NCBI RefSeq assembly: GCF_000328665.1
Contig: NC_019977.1
Coordinates: 310,001 to 374,000, forward strand
DNA: 64,000 bases
From: Methanomethylovorans hollandica DSM 15978
Lineage (GTDB): Archaea; Halobacteriota; Methanosarcinia; Methanosarcinales; Methanosarcinaceae
Direction: 5' to 3'
The position numbers were made by a program, and so were the translations under genes. How positions within the stretch are numbered: position 1 is the stretch's first letter; each line of letters opens with the position of its first letter. Below the pieces are notes generated by a model. It worked only from the letters and a program-made list of their open reading frames with translations, was not told the DNA's origin and ran no database searches. This document shows positions 9,526 to 21,363 of the stretch, in pieces.

Positions 9526-11244
9526 TCAGGAAATAAGAGATTCTATATTCCTTTCCAAGTACTTGGCATGGCTCATCTCTATAAGGCAATTTGACACTTC
9601 CACAGGGTCTCCATCCATTACTACCTTTGCTTCATCTATAAGGACCACCCTGTGAGATACCTCTTTCACGAAGTCCATATGATGGCTAACGATTATCATA
9701 GTAGTCCCGAACTCCCTATTAATCCTTTTGAGAGCATTCGTAACATCCCTAAGTGTCACAGGGTCCAGGTCACCGAACGGCTCGTCGAGCATAAGTATTT
9801 CCGGATGTGTGGTAAGGGCGAGAGCGATGTAGGCCCTTACATGTTCCCCGCCGCTTATCTGGTAAGGTGTTTTATAAAGGATGCCAAGGGGCAGGTCCAG
9901 AGCTTCAAATATCTTTGATGCATGTTCCTTAACATCTTCGAAGGTGACCTTAGGGAAAAGCTTGGCATAGATCTCAGGTGTTATCTGCATCTGATTCATT
10001 ATCTTATCCTTCTCTTCCTCTGCCATATCAGGTAATGTGTATAGCATATCCAATATCTCTTCAGATACTTCCAGCTCTTTCGCTTTTTTACGGGCATATT
10101 CCAGGGATCCTGGACCTTTTATCTGCATTCTGAACCCGATTTGCTGGCCGATAGTGGAATGTGGAGAAAGAGTAAACTCCTGATGCATTATACTTATTTT
10201 TTTTCTCAATTCCATCCTTCTGGGATTGAAATTAGTGATGTCTATCCATTCTCCATCGTGCAGATATAGTATTTCTCCGGAAGCAGGTGACGTAAGTCCT
10301 TCGATCATCTTAAGCAAAGTAGTTTTGCCAGCCCCCGATTGCCCAATGAGGGATACTATTTCTCCTCTGTTTATATCAAGTGAGAGATTTTTGAAGTTCA
10401 GCACCTCTCCTACTCTTATAAGGGTAAGGCGTTTGTTGATGTCTTTTACTTTGATGATGGTTTCTTTTTTCCCTAAAGAACTGATCTCTACCTGTGGCTG
10501 CATATCCTTGAGAAAATGTTTCAGTACGGTCTCGGTTTTCCCTTCCTCTATTATATGTCCATCTTCCAGATATATGAGGCGATCAGAAATATACATGTGC
10601 AGCTCTGGGAGGTGGGAAACGACTATAATCGGTATGTTTAGCTCTTTTTTTACGTTTTTTATAACGTCAAGAACTTCCTGTTTTGTGCCCGGCCCTGTCA
10701 TTGTCACAGGTTCATCAAGCAATAACAGCTTTGGTTTTGCAACGATCTGACGTGCAAGAATAAGGCGTTGTTTCTCTCCACCGCTAAGAGCGCTTGTCGC
10801 ATGCAAGGCTTTATGTTCAAGACCTACAAGCTTAAGGTATTCCATCGATTCCTCGTACATCTCATCGTAATACGGTGAATCACTTTCAGGTAATCCTTCA
10901 TGTCCCTCGTTTCTGGAGTTTATCTTGCGTATGATGTTCTCTATGGCAGGTCCGTTCCACAAGCCGAAATTACGCTGCAGATGAATTGCAGTGTTCTGTA
11001 TAAGATCCATCATGTCATCTTTATCAGAATCCGGGAAAAACTGTTTCCCTTCAAGCTCGATAACGCCTTCATCAAAACTCTCCACACCTCGGAGTATTCT
11101 TAACAATGTACTTTTTCCGCTTCCGCTTTTTCCCGTTATGCCCAGGATCTCTCCATCATTTACAGTAAAACTGATACCTTCGAGTACTCTCTTTCGTTCA
11201 TCCAGTACATTATAGTCCTTCGCAAGATTTTTTACTCTAAGCAT
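9526..11244 (-). CDS. Double ABC-ATPase, homolog of methyl-coenzyme M reductase component A2 (AtwA-like paralog)
   Basis: Two NBDs (GKSGSGKS / LSGGEKQR / LLLDEP and GQSGAGKT / ISGGE / MLDEP), no membrane domain, A2-like motif TAIHLQRNFGLW. Start ATG 11244 (track GTG 11253). Confidence 0.75.
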   Translation of the reverse strand: MLRVKNLAKDYNVLDERKRVLEGISFTVNDGEILGITGKSGSGKSTLLRILRGVESFDEGVIELEGKQFFPDSDKDDMMDLIQNTAIHLQRNFGLWNGPAIENIIRKINSRNEGHEGLPESDSPYYDEMYEESMEYLKLVGLEHKALHATSALSGGEKQRLILARQIVAKPKLLLLDEPVTMTGPGTKQEVLDVIKNVKKELNIPIIVVSHLPELHMYISDRLIYLEDGHIIEEGKTETVLKHFLKDMQPQVEISSLGKKETIIKVKDINKRLTLIRVGEVLNFKNLSLDINRGEIVSLIGQSGAGKTTLLKMIEGLTSPASGEILYLHDGEWIDITNFNPRRMELRKKISIMHQEFTLSPHSTIGQQIGFRMQIKGPGSLEYARKKAKELEVSEEILDMLYTLPDMAEEEKDKIMNQMQITPEIYAKLFPKVTFEDVKEHASKIFEALDLPLGILYKTPYQISGGEHVRAYIALALTTHPEILMLDEPFGDLDPVTLRDVTNALKRINREFGTTMIIVSHHMDFVKEVSHRVVLIDEAKVVMDGDPVEVSNCLIEMSHAKYLERNIESLIS

Positions 11245-11290
11245 GAGATACACTCTCCAGACATGGTTCCAGAAGCCATAAAAAAGGAAA

Positions 11291-11331
<41 letters not shown>

Positions 11332-11343
11332 ATTGTTATGTAT

Positions 11344-12087
11344 CTACTTTTTGATGGCAGATACAAGTTCCCGGATCTTGCCAGTCACATCGGAAGTTTC
11401 TTCCACTACCGTGCCTGTAACGATCATATCAGCACCAGATTGCACACATTTGCGTGCTGTTTCTGCATCCCTGATGCCTCCTCCTACAATAAGCATGTTG
11501 TTCCCCAGAGCATGCTTGACAGAAGCGATCATCTGAGGAGTTGCAGGACCGTCTGCACCGGATCCGGTTTCCAGATATGTATAGTGCATACCCAGATATT
11601 TGCCTGCAAGAGAATAAGCAACAGCTATTTCAGGCTTGTTCTTCGGAATGAGCCTTGCATCACCTACCCATCCTACTGTGCCTCCAGGCTCGATGATTAT
11701 ATATGCCATGGATATGGCTTCAATACCGCTTTTATACACAAGCGGGGCACCCATAACCTGGTTTCCAGTTATATAATTAATATCTCTTGAGTTGAGCAAG
11801 CTCATGAAGAATATGGCATCTGCATACGCACTCACGCCAGATGCACTTCCGGGAAATAATATTATCGGCAGATCAATAACTTCTTTGATCTTCGATATAG
11901 TTTGGTCAAGGAGCACACCTCCGGCTCCGGTTGACCCCCCTATCATAATCGCATCCGTGCCACCCTGTGCCGCAGCAAAGGCCATGGCCGCCGCCTCTTC
12001 GGGGGACTGGGATGCAGGGTCGATCAGTGTCAAGTGAACTGTACCTTCGCGCTCTGCGATCTCGTTCAGGTACTTTTCCACTTGCAT
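11344..12087 (-). CDS. Geranylgeranylglyceryl phosphate synthase (GGGPS)
   Basis: HLTLIDP, AIMIGGSTG, ILFPG, YLETGSGA, VGGGIRD, ADMIVTGT. True start is MQVEK at 12087; the track's extension to 12156 overlaps rpl40e. Confidence 0.93.
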   Translation of the reverse strand: MQVEKYLNEIAEREGTVHLTLIDPASQSPEEAAAMAFAAAQGGTDAIMIGGSTGAGGVLLDQTISKIKEVIDLPIILFPGSASGVSAYADAIFFMSLLNSRDINYITGNQVMGAPLVYKSGIEAISMAYIIIEPGGTVGWVGDARLIPKNKPEIAVAYSLAGKYLGMHYTYLETGSGADGPATPQMIASVKHALGNNMLIVGGGIRDAETARKCVQSGADMIVTGTVVEETSDVTGKIRELVSAIKK

Positions 12088-12095
12088 AGACCGGA

Positions 12096-12245
12096 TCAGC
12101 CACCCTTTGCTTCCTTGGATTTGGGACGTAGTGCCTTGCTTCCGCATTTTCTGCATCTGTCTGCACGTGAAGCGTTGCGGGCATTACATTTCATACATAT
12201 CTTTTTGTTAAGTATTCTGTTTTCTGCTTCTGGGAATCTTGCCAT
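12096..12245 (-). CDS. rpl40e: 50S ribosomal protein L40e
   Basis: Manual translation [49 protein letters not shown] (49 aa, below the track cut-off); AAGGTGA RBS; zinc-ribbon CxxC...CxxC. Confidence 0.95.
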   Translation of the reverse strand: MARFPEAENRILNKKICMKCNARNASRADRCRKCGSKALRPKSKEAKGG

Positions 12246-12336
12246 GTTAATTCACCTTGATGATATGGAATAAATGATCTTAATAGTAGGCTGCTTACAT
12301 GAAGTTTAAGACATATAATTGTTTTGGACAGACCGC

Positions 12337-13773
12337 TCACTTTGGAGGCAGCTCGCTTATTCTTTCCAATAACATTTCCCTTGTGGTCTTTGCATCGGAT
12401 CTGCCAGCGGTTTTCTTCATAACCTGGCCTACAAGGAAATTCAGTGACTTTTCCTTGCCTCCAAGGTAGTCCTGCAAAGCCTCCGGATTTTCATCGAGTG
12501 CCTCTGTAACCGCCTTTGTGACAATGTCGTCCTCCACTTTTATAAGCCCTTTTTCCTTCACAATGGCTGCAGGAGTGCCTCCATTGTCCAGGATCGTCCT
12601 GATGATCTCAATGCCGCTTCTCTCAGTGATCTTATTTCCGGTTATGAGTTCTATGATCTCTACCATGTCTTCGACCTTGAAGGCATCCACGCTGATGTCC
12701 CGGTAGTTCAATTCTCCTTTAAGGATGTCAGCTACCCACACAGCAGATGCTCCTGGTTCCACCTGCAGGGCTACGTGCTCGTAGAAATTTGCTACCTTTA
12801 TGTCAGATGTAAGTGCTTTCGCATGCATATCAGCGATTCCGTACTGCTTTATGAACCGTTCCTTCTTCGCATCAGGAAGCTCAGGCAGTGTCTTTAGCAC
12901 TTCCGGAACCTTGTCAGCCACTCTCATGGGCACAAGGTCGGGTTCCGGGAAGTAGCGGTAGTCATGTTCTTCCTCCTTCGTACGCATAGAAATTGTGACG
13001 CCTCTGGCTTCATCGAAGTGCCGGGTTTCCAGTGTAATCTTGCCACCACGTCTGATGTGGTTCTTCTGCCTCATTATCTCGTAAAGCAGAGCTCTCTCTG
13101 CTCCCTTGAAGGAGGAGATGTTCTTGACCTCTACACGGTCTCCGTAAAAGACTGAGACGTTAGCATCCACTCTCATAGCTCCCTCAAGATCACCATTGAA
13201 TACGTCAAGGTAGTCAAGAATGCTCCTTAGCTTGTCCAGATAGCGCCTCGCTTCCTTTGGGCTTCTCATATCCGGCTCGCTGACTATCTCAATAAGTGTC
13301 ATTCCGGAGCGGTTGTAGTTAATAAGGGTACCCTTGGACTTATCGATGCTTCCCATATGCTGGAGCCTTCCAGGGTCCTCTTCTATATGAGCACGTGTAA
13401 TCCCTATTTTGCGCTCTCCGTCCTCGCCTTCAATGCTCACTTCACCACCGCTTGCAATAGGGTAGTCGTACTGGGTGGTCTGGAAACCTTTTGGTAGATC
13501 AGGGTAGTAGTAGTTCTTCCTGTGGAACTGAGTTTGCTCCACAATGTTACAGTTCAGTGCAAGCCCTATCTTGATAGCAAACTCAACTGCTCTTTCGTTT
13601 ATGACCGGCAGTGAGCCGGGGAGTCCCAGGCATACGGGACATACGTGCGTGTTGGGTTCGGAGTCATGGTAGTTCGTGGAACAACCGCAGAACAACTTAG
13701 TGTTGAGCTTGTTCAGCTGGACGTGGACCTCCAGTCCTATTCTTACTCCGTCAGGATTCTCGTATACCATCAT
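12337..13773 (-). CDS. gatB: Asp/Glu-tRNA amidotransferase subunit B
   Basis: [45 protein letters not shown]. Confidence 0.97.
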   Translation of the reverse strand: MMVYENPDGVRIGLEVHVQLNKLNTKLFCGCSTNYHDSEPNTHVCPVCLGLPGSLPVINERAVEFAIKIGLALNCNIVEQTQFHRKNYYYPDLPKGFQTTQYDYPIASGGEVSIEGEDGERKIGITRAHIEEDPGRLQHMGSIDKSKGTLINYNRSGMTLIEIVSEPDMRSPKEARRYLDKLRSILDYLDVFNGDLEGAMRVDANVSVFYGDRVEVKNISSFKGAERALLYEIMRQKNHIRRGGKITLETRHFDEARGVTISMRTKEEEHDYRYFPEPDLVPMRVADKVPEVLKTLPELPDAKKERFIKQYGIADMHAKALTSDIKVANFYEHVALQVEPGASAVWVADILKGELNYRDISVDAFKVEDMVEIIELITGNKITERSGIEIIRTILDNGGTPAAIVKEKGLIKVEDDIVTKAVTEALDENPEALQDYLGGKEKSLNFLVGQVMKKTAGRSDAKTTREMLLERISELPPK

Positions 13774-15203
13774 GCCACCTCCGCAGGTCTTCTGGTGTGA
13801 TGTTCTGTGTTCTGCTCAAAGCTGTAAGCAGCTTTCAGTATAGTAGCCTCATCGAAGTGTTTACCGATTATCTGCAGTCCAATGGGCAGACCATCTGTAA
13901 AACCGCAAGGCAGGGATATGGAAGGCACTCCTGCAAGGTTGATAGGTACAGTGTTCACATCTGCCAGGTATAATGCAAGCGGGTCTTCTACTTTTTCTCC
14001 CAGCTTAAAGGCAGGGGTGGGCATGGTAGGTGTTATCAGACAGTCGAACTCTTTGAAAGCAAGATCAAAGTCCTGCTTTACAAGTGTTCTGACCTTCAGG
14101 GCTTTCAGGTAGTATTTATCATGGTATCCTGCGGAGAGGGCATAAGTTCCCAGCAGTATCCTGCGCTTGACCTCAGCACCAAAGCCTTCTGCACGTGTGC
14201 GGGAAGCCATTACATGCCAGTTCTCTCCTTCGTTCCTGTATCCATATCGTGTTCCATCAAATCTGGCAAGGTTAGAGGATGCTTCGCTCATGGCAATGAT
14301 ATAGTAAGCAGCAAGTGCGTATGATGTGTGTGGCAGAGAGACCTGTTCCCATGATGCTCCCATCTCTTCAAAGAGCTGGATGGCATCCCATACGGAGTTC
14401 TCAACTGCCGGGTCAATGCCTGCTCCGAAGTATTCTGCAGGCACACCTATCTTCAGACCGGAGACATCGTCAGCAAGAGCATCTTTGTACACTGTTTCGG
14501 TCTTTATTGAAGTGCTGTCCCTTGCATCATGCCCTCCTATTACGTCCATAAGGGTTGCGATGTCGGAAACGCATGTTGCCAGAGGTCCGATCTGTTCCAG
14601 AGAGTTGGCGTAGGAGATAAGGCCATATCTGGATATTGTTCCGTATGTGGGTTTAAGGCCCACTACTCCACAGAAGGCGGCTGGGCATCTCACTGAGCCT
14701 CCGGTATCAGAACCTACTGATATGGGAGCTTCCCCGGCAGCCACTACAGCAGCGCTGCCACCCGATGAGCCACCTGGCACACGTTCCATGTCCCAGGGAT
14801 TGAGGGTTGGCCCATAGCAGCTGGATTCGGTGGATGTGCCCATAGCGAACTCATCCATGTTCGTCTTGCCCAGAATGATAGCTCCTGCATCCTTGAGCCT
14901 TTCTATGATGTGTGCGTCATAAGGAGGTACATATCCCTGTAATATTTTAGAGGAGCATGTGGTGGATATGCCTTTAGTGGAAATGTTGTCTTTGATCGCT
15001 ATAGGGATGCCTGCAAGTGGTCCGTTGTGGCCCTGCTCGTCTATTTCCCGTGCCTTATCAATTGCCCCTTCCCATACTGTTGTGTAAGCGTTGATCCTGC
15101 TTTTCTTTATCCTTTCGAGGTAGGATGCTGTGACCTCCTCTGCGGATCTCTCTGCTATTTTTTCCTTTATCTGTAAAATGTTTGCCCATCCTGTCATGTC
15201 CAT
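13770..15203 (-). CDS. gatA: Asp/Glu-tRNA amidotransferase subunit A
   Basis: Amidase signature [32 protein letters not shown]. Confidence 0.97.
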   Translation of the reverse strand: MDMTGWANILQIKEKIAERSAEEVTASYLERIKKSRINAYTTVWEGAIDKAREIDEQGHNGPLAGIPIAIKDNISTKGISTTCSSKILQGYVPPYDAHIIERLKDAGAIILGKTNMDEFAMGTSTESSCYGPTLNPWDMERVPGGSSGGSAAVVAAGEAPISVGSDTGGSVRCPAAFCGVVGLKPTYGTISRYGLISYANSLEQIGPLATCVSDIATLMDVIGGHDARDSTSIKTETVYKDALADDVSGLKIGVPAEYFGAGIDPAVENSVWDAIQLFEEMGASWEQVSLPHTSYALAAYYIIAMSEASSNLARFDGTRYGYRNEGENWHVMASRTRAEGFGAEVKRRILLGTYALSAGYHDKYYLKALKVRTLVKQDFDLAFKEFDCLITPTMPTPAFKLGEKVEDPLALYLADVNTVPINLAGVPSISLPCGFTDGLPIGLQIIGKHFDEATILKAAYSFEQNTEHHTRRPAEVA

Positions 15204-15206
15204 TCC

Positions 15207-15488
15207 TCACATAATCTTCGGGGCTAAGAAGTTGCCTTCCTGTTTCTTTTCGGTATTGGCGAGCACTTCTTCCTGTGGCATGGACGGTCTTACCACATCT
15301 TCCCTGAACACGTTCACTATATCTGCCACGTGATAAGTTGGGGGTACATTCTCAGTGTCCACCTCATCCAGCTGGCTGAAGTAGTCCAGCACAGCATTCA
15401 GTTTCTCCGCATATGCCTGTGCATCGCTTTCATGGATCTCGATGCGGGCCAGCCATCCCACATGTTCGACCTCTTCTTTTGTGATCAT
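15207..15488 (-). CDS. gatC: Asp/Glu-tRNA amidotransferase subunit C
   Basis: MITKEEVEHVGWLARI...VDTENVPPT...FREDVV; first gene of gatCAB. Confidence 0.95.
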   Translation of the reverse strand: MITKEEVEHVGWLARIEIHESDAQAYAEKLNAVLDYFSQLDEVDTENVPPTYHVADIVNVFREDVVRPSMPQEEVLANTEKKQEGNFLAPKIM

Positions 15489-15638
15489 TGTAAGTTCCTC
15501 TGAATATGAAATGCATTTTCATTTGGTATATGGTATATAAGGCTTACAAAAGCGTACATCCTATATTAAAAATGTGGGTTCTTTTCACCGGCGTTTTATC
15601 ATCCGGCGACATCTCTTTTATTCATTGCCTTACAATTA

Positions 15639-16319
15639 TTGTTTATGGCTATTCCTGATTACTGGAAGCACACAAAAGCCAAAGCTATCCCCACAACAGT
15701 GAAACTGCAGCAGGTATTCTATCAATACGCAATTCATGGTGACAAGGTAATTGACATCGGATGTGCATGCGGTGATGTATGTGATAAGCTTGGATCTGCC
15801 GGTTTTTATGTTATCGGAGTGGATATCAACCAGGACGCTCTGAGGCAGGCAGACTTATCCTCAAAAGAAAAAGAACATCTCAGGGATCCCTTTTTCCTGC
15901 AGGCAGATGCTTCACTGCTTCCTTTTGCCAATGGAACATTTGACATTGCCATAATGCAGGCTTTCCTCACTACAGTTGCTACAAAAGAGGTCCGTCACAG
16001 GATCATCCGGGAAGCCTGCAGGATACTGAAACCGGGGGGCTATCTCTATCTTGCGGATTTCGGACAGACGTGGCACTCAAAGATATATCGGGAACGCTAC
16101 ATCAATGATCTGCCATTGACAAAAGAGGAAGGTTCCATCATTGCCTATGACCAGAAAACAGGGGATAAAGCCTACATCTCTCATCATTTCACAGAAAAGG
16201 AACTTGTGTTCCTGCTGGTTGAGAACGGTTTTGAGATAGAGTTCTTCAGGAACGAGGAGTTTACGACAAGAACGGGTAACAGGATCAATGGATTTGTGAT
16301 TGTGGGGAGAAAAGGTTAG
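15639..16319 (+). CDS. Class I SAM-dependent methyltransferase
   Basis: VIDIGCACG, GVDIN, ADASLLPFANGTFD, RILKPGG. Confidence 0.85.
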   Translation: MFMAIPDYWKHTKAKAIPTTVKLQQVFYQYAIHGDKVIDIGCACGDVCDKLGSAGFYVIGVDINQDALRQADLSSKEKEHLRDPFFLQADASLLPFANGTFDIAIMQAFLTTVATKEVRHRIIREACRILKPGGYLYLADFGQTWHSKIYRERYINDLPLTKEEGSIIAYDQKTGDKAYISHHFTEKELVFLLVENGFEIEFFRNEEFTTRTGNRINGFVIVGRKG

Positions 16320-16433
16320 ACAGTATTCTTCTGATTCTCATTTATGTGGTTTTAGTGGACAATGAACAGAAAACGATTTCTATCTGTTTTTACAATATTT
16401 GCTCTTCTTATACATCAGAGTAAAGGGATTCGA

Positions 16434-17306
16434 ATGGCAAAAAAAAGAGGTAATGATTATCTGAAAGACAAAGGCTTTCTTTCTCAGAAGCAGGATGGTT
16501 ATTTTTCACTTCGTCTGCACGTTGCAGGAGGAAATCTTACATCTGAAAACCTCAGATACATCGCTGATGCAGCGGATAAATATGGCAAGGGGTATGTCCA
16601 TGTGACCTCAAGACAGGGTATTGAGGTTCCTTTTGTACATAATAATAATACGGAAGCCATCAGTTCTTTAATGGATAATGCAGGTATTGCTCCCGGAGCA
16701 TCCGGAAAAAAGATAAGGGCGATAGTTGCATGCCAGGGTAACAGAGTATGTAGTAATGGTATTATAGATTGTCAGGACATATGCGAAAAAATAGATAAAA
16801 AATACTTTGGACAACCGGTTCCTTACAAATTCAAGATCGCAGTAACAGGTTGTCCTGCCTCATGCCTGAGAGTCCAGGAGAACGATTTTGGCATCATGGG
16901 AACTGTGCAGCCGAAGTTTGTTGAAGAAAATTGCGTTACATGTGGCCTGTGCAAAAAAGTCTGCAAAGTAGATGCTATAGATATCACTGATGGTGTGCTG
17001 ACCATTGATCCTGATAAATGTATAATGTGCGGGGAGTGCATCAGGGTCTGCAAAAAGGATGCCATGCAGATTGCAAATGAGGGTTTTACTATCTATGTGG
17101 GAGGAAAGGTTGGGAGAAAACCACGCATGGGGATAAGGATCCTTAAAACGGTAAGTGAGCCTGTAATGTATGAAGTATTTGAAAGGACCGTTGCTTATTA
17201 TCGGGAGCATGCTCTTGAGGGCGAAAGGATCATTGATGTGATAGACAGATACGGTATCAATCACTTTGAGAGAGAGATAGGTTATTCTTTTGATCTGATG
17301 AGATAA
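16434..17306 (+). CDS. Siroheme/4Fe-4S nitrite-sulfite reductase-like protein with inserted ferredoxin (Dsr-LP type)
   Basis: ACQGNRVC and KFKIAVTGCPASC siroheme-[4Fe-4S] motifs plus two CxxCxxCxxxC motifs. Likely start MAKKRG at 16434 (track start 16362). Confidence 0.85.
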   Translation: MAKKRGNDYLKDKGFLSQKQDGYFSLRLHVAGGNLTSENLRYIADAADKYGKGYVHVTSRQGIEVPFVHNNNTEAISSLMDNAGIAPGASGKKIRAIVACQGNRVCSNGIIDCQDICEKIDKKYFGQPVPYKFKIAVTGCPASCLRVQENDFGIMGTVQPKFVEENCVTCGLCKKVCKVDAIDITDGVLTIDPDKCIMCGECIRVCKKDAMQIANEGFTIYVGGKVGRKPRMGIRILKTVSEPVMYEVFERTVAYYREHALEGERIIDVIDRYGINHFEREIGYSFDLMR

Positions 17307-17395
17307 AATATACTATTATTCAGAGTTAAAAACAGGATTGTTTCATGTGTCAAGTTGTGGATAGAGACTATCAGCTGTTGCCACAACGCCACATA

Positions 17396-18670
17396 GAGAA
17401 TCTCAAATTAGGATTTTGATTTAAAAACCTATTCCTTTTTTCGTTGATACTGCTATTCTCTTTTTTTTTGGTCAGTGGTAGCTATAAATATAAAAAATTT
17501 TGCTTCTTTATGGATAAAAAATCTATCGAGTATAGAGGAGTCCTCTTCGAGGACTCCATAGAAAACTATCTTTACAGAGAAACTGCCTCTATTTGCCAAT
17601 TTCTTCATTTTCTCTGTATAGAAGACATTTCACAATACGTTGAACGTACTGTGTATACCAACAAACGTTGGCATTTTAAATATAACGTTTCCTCAATGAT
17701 AAAGCTCTTTATTGTAAAGTGCTTCAGGAATCTCTCTTATGAAAAAACAGTATCCAGTTTAACAGAAGAAGAAGCTATTATGCTATCGTTCTGTGATAAA
17801 AATGGGCAAATAAGACTTCCTTCAGCTGGAACCCTCCATCATTTTGTAAAATATAGACTTGGAGAAGATGGGGTCAATGAACTAATAATAATGGTAGGCG
17901 AAAAGATTCTTAAAAGCTCAAAGTTAAAAGACGCCAAGATAGATTCAACACCTCTTGAAGCTTCACGATATGACAAATATGCGGATTATAATCCGCATTA
18001 TAAATGTAAAATGGACAAAGCTCACATTACAATGATTGGAACTTATCCGGTATTTATGACATATACTAATGGCCTTAGTTCTGATTCTACGGAACTTATC
18101 AAACACATACACGCATTAAAGAAAATGGAAGCTAATATTGAATTTTATGCTGCGGATGGAGCTTATGACTCATTCCAAAACAATGCAGATATATGGTATC
18201 ATCTGAATGCAAAACCAATTATTTCCTACTCTTGTGATGCAGTATTGCACAAAGAAGGTGAAGTAGAGAGGATTGATCATTGGGTGAACAAAATGTGGAA
18301 ACTTGGTGGAGAGGTTCATACCAAAATAGAAAATAAGCTGAAGTTTCTGTATGAAAATGGAAGACAAGAACAAGTTGGGATGTACCTAAGAAATCAAAAC
18401 ATCCTCGATGAATTATTTTGGGAGTTATACAAGAAAAGAGTAGAATGCGAAAAAGTACATGGCCACATGAAAGATACGATGAACTTCGATGTCAGAAGAA
18501 TAAGAGTAGAGAGCAGAGCTCTCTACTCTCTGCTGAATTTCGTTTCCTATCAACTATTAGTGCTTACTGAATTGCAAAATAAAGTTAAACTCAGGAATTC
18601 GTTTGGGAGGCTATTCTAAAAAAGTACATCAAATTAGAATAGAAATATAAGGAGCTAATTTGATGGCCTC
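17396..18670 (+). mobile_element. Intact 1275-bp insertion sequence (IS5/IS1182-like DDE group)
   Basis: Left end GAGAATCTCAAATTAG (17396-17411) vs reverse complement of right end GAGGCCATCAAATTAG (18655-18670), 12/16 identical; flanked by direct repeat CACATA (17390-17395 and 18671-18676). Confidence 0.85.
17510..18619 (+). CDS. DDE transposase
   Basis: AKIDSTPLEA, ADGAYDS and YKKRVECEKVHGHMK form the D-D-E triad. Start MDKK at 17510 (track start 17444). Confidence 0.88.
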   Translation: MDKKSIEYRGVLFEDSIENYLYRETASICQFLHFLCIEDISQYVERTVYTNKRWHFKYNVSSMIKLFIVKCFRNLSYEKTVSSLTEEEAIMLSFCDKNGQIRLPSAGTLHHFVKYRLGEDGVNELIIMVGEKILKSSKLKDAKIDSTPLEASRYDKYADYNPHYKCKMDKAHITMIGTYPVFMTYTNGLSSDSTELIKHIHALKKMEANIEFYAADGAYDSFQNNADIWYHLNAKPIISYSCDAVLHKEGEVERIDHWVNKMWKLGGEVHTKIENKLKFLYENGRQEQVGMYLRNQNILDELFWELYKKRVECEKVHGHMKDTMNFDVRRIRVESRALYSLLNFVSYQLLVLTELQNKVKLRNSFGRLF

Positions 18671-18741
18671 CACATAATCCTTTAAACCCAGCCCATTCCT
18701 TAATATAACAGCAAGTACCAATTAAATATTCAGGGAGCTCC

Positions 18742-19458
18742 ATGTTAAGACAACGTTTTGTTCTGGATACTACTGCCCTTACTGACCTGCAGGCAAGGGA
18801 GGCAATGGGAGTAGATAGCCTGTGTGAAGGCATGAAGAATATGCTGGAAATGATAGCAAGCGCACGGCTTAAGCTTGGCATTAGTTGCTATGTACCTTTT
18901 CCTTCTGTATACAACGAACTTCAGGAATTTGCTAAGAACAATGGATGTGAAACGGATGTCATAGCAAAGATAGACACATGGCTTGTGAAAAAAGCTCCTG
19001 ACAGATATAATGTCATGATTAATTCCCGCATCTTCCACGAATACGTCTCCTATATGAGAGAGCGCATCAACAAAGGCATGGTAGTCGCCGAAGAGGCCAT
19101 CTGGGAAGGCTCTACAAAATGTCTTTTGCTGACCACAAAAGCAGAGGACACACAGCAGATTGATTTCGAAATAGAAAAAGGTGTTATAGGGCCGATAGTC
19201 GGGAAGTTCAGGAACAAATACCGATCAGCGTTGAGATATGGCATTCTAGACAGCGCTCCAGATATCGATGTGCTCATACTTGCCAAGGAACTGGATGCAG
19301 CGGTGGTGGCAAGTGATTTTGGCATACAGAAGTGGGCTGAAGAACTGGGAGTGCGCTTCGTACCGGCACACACATTTCCTATGATATTAAAGGAATATCT
19401 GGCTCATGCAAGAGATGCTAATAATCAGATAAAGGATGTTTTTCACGAAAACCTTTAG
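18742..19458 (+). CDS. RNA-free ribonuclease P (HARP / UPF0278 PIN-domain protein)
   Basis: [57 protein letters not shown]. Confidence 0.88.
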   Translation: MLRQRFVLDTTALTDLQAREAMGVDSLCEGMKNMLEMIASARLKLGISCYVPFPSVYNELQEFAKNNGCETDVIAKIDTWLVKKAPDRYNVMINSRIFHEYVSYMRERINKGMVVAEEAIWEGSTKCLLLTTKAEDTQQIDFEIEKGVIGPIVGKFRNKYRSALRYGILDSAPDIDVLILAKELDAAVVASDFGIQKWAEELGVRFVPAHTFPMILKEYLAHARDANNQIKDVFHENL

Positions 19459-19481
19459 TTATGTCATCCGAACAAGATAAT

Positions 19482-20330
19482 TCATGTCCCAACCAGGAAA
19501 GCTATTAAAGCTGCAAACATTGCCATTTTGAAAAGCCTTGAAGACTTAGCAGCATTCTTTTCTTTTAATATGCCAGCTACTGCTACAACAAAAAGTATGT
19601 CAGCTATAAAGACAACAGCCAGATATCTCACGGATAACAGGGATTGCAGATAAGGCAAGGGGCTTGCAAGCACAGCTATAAAACCGATAATAGAAGCAAC
19701 ATAAGCAGCCTTTTCAGGTCCAATGCTTATTGCCAGAGTACTGGCTCCATCCTGCCTGTCCCCTTCAATATCTTCAATGTCCTTGACTATTTCTCTGGCA
19801 ACGGTGGCAAGGGTTGCAAGCAGGAACAGTACAGATACTGCTTCAATGCCGCCATTGGTATAAAAAACCGCACCTCCGAATAGAAAAGTAGACCCAGTAA
19901 GATATCCTACACTAAGATTACCGATGAGTGCAGTGCGTTTTAGTGTTGCAGCATAAAATATCAGCAACAATGAATTGAATAAGGCAATAGCTCCGCATAT
20001 TGTATTGATGAAAAAAGCAATCATTGTTCCTACAGCAAAAAGTGATATCGAAAAATAGAAAGCTTTAGACTTACTTATCCTACCGGACGGTATTGGCCTT
20101 TCAGGTTTGTTAATCCGGTCTATCTCAATATCATAATAGTCGTTTATACCATTTCCGGCTCCTGTTATCAGAAAAACGACTGATCCCACATATATTATCT
20201 CATTTAATGGAAAAGGTATTGTTGCAGCATTGCCACTGATTATATTGTATGCTATAAGCACTCCCAAAGCCGCGGAAAAGGCAGCCATCAGGCAGTTCCC
20301 ATATCTTATCAACTGCAAATATGCACGCAT
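19482..20330 (-). CDS. Digeranylgeranylglyceryl phosphate synthase (UbiA family)
   Basis: [21 protein letters not shown] and [13 protein letters not shown] motifs, multiple TM segments. Start MRAYL at 20330 (track 20375 overlaps nadA). Confidence 0.92.
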   Translation of the reverse strand: MRAYLQLIRYGNCLMAAFSAALGVLIAYNIISGNAATIPFPLNEIIYVGSVVFLITGAGNGINDYYDIEIDRINKPERPIPSGRISKSKAFYFSISLFAVGTMIAFFINTICGAIALFNSLLLIFYAATLKRTALIGNLSVGYLTGSTFLFGGAVFYTNGGIEAVSVLFLLATLATVAREIVKDIEDIEGDRQDGASTLAISIGPEKAAYVASIIGFIAVLASPLPYLQSLLSVRYLAVVFIADILFVVAVAGILKEKNAAKSSRLFKMAMFAALIAFLVGT

Positions 20331-20340
20331 ATGAAGCCTG

Positions 20341-21261
20341 TTATCTTTTCCTTTTAACAGCAAGCATTCTGTCAAGTGACTGTTTTGCCTTGAATCTTAT
20401 ATCTTCCGGCACGGAGATCACATATCTCATATGTTCCATTGAATCTGCAACCGCTCTGAGGTCTATCATCTTCATGTCAGGACACATAGAATAAGGTGAT
20501 ACCGGGTAGAATCTTTTGTTTGGATTCTCTTTCTTAAGCCTGTGCAGAAGACCACTTTCAGTAGCTATTATAAACTCAGTGTTGCTGGATGTTCTTACAT
20601 AATTGACCATGCCTGTGGTACTGAATATCATGTCGGACATATCAAGCACCTCACGTCTGCATTCAGGATGGGCCAGCACTTCTGCCATGGGGTGCAGGCT
20701 CTTAGCTCTCTGCACATCTATTGGAAGTATCTGGTTATGGGTAGGGCAATATCCGACCCAAGGTATGATCTGTTTGTCAGTGTGTCTTGCTACGTAGTCT
20801 GCCAGATTCTTGTCCGGTACGAAGATGACTTTATTCTGTTCTACTGAATTCACAACTTCAATAGCATTAGCTGAAGTGCAGCAGATGTCACACTCTGCTT
20901 TGATTTCAGCTGTCGTATTCACATAGCATACTACAGCAGCATCAGGATGTTCTTTCTTAAGACTGCGCAGGTCATCCACCCTGGCCATATCGGCCATGGG
21001 ACACCTTGCATCTATTTCCGGAAGCAGCACTGTCTTACCTGGGCTGAGCACTGCAGCGCTTTCTGCCATGAAATGCACTCCGCAGAAAACTATAACATCT
21101 GCTTCAAGCTCTACAGCCTTCTGGCTGAGTTCAAGGGAATCTCCTACAAAATCGGCAACATCCTGTATCTCCTCGCGCTCATAGTTGTGGGCAAGGATCA
21201 CAGCATTACGCTCTTTTTTGATTTCAGCTATCTTTTCGATCAATTCTCTTGTATCCTGCAT
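20341..21261 (-). CDS. nadA: Quinolinate synthase
   Basis: [34 protein letters not shown]. Confidence 0.96.
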   Translation of the reverse strand: MQDTRELIEKIAEIKKERNAVILAHNYEREEIQDVADFVGDSLELSQKAVELEADVIVFCGVHFMAESAAVLSPGKTVLLPEIDARCPMADMARVDDLRSLKKEHPDAAVVCYVNTTAEIKAECDICCTSANAIEVVNSVEQNKVIFVPDKNLADYVARHTDKQIIPWVGYCPTHNQILPIDVQRAKSLHPMAEVLAHPECRREVLDMSDMIFSTTGMVNYVRTSSNTEFIIATESGLLHRLKKENPNKRFYPVSPYSMCPDMKMIDLRAVADSMEHMRYVISVPEDIRFKAKQSLDRMLAVKRKR

Positions 21262-21363
21262 ATGATCACTGCATTGAGATATTGTTTTGATTTATCTGTT
21301 TTCTAACTAATTGATACACTCAAAATACATTATCAAAATTAATAGCAACTATCTGCTGCCCTT

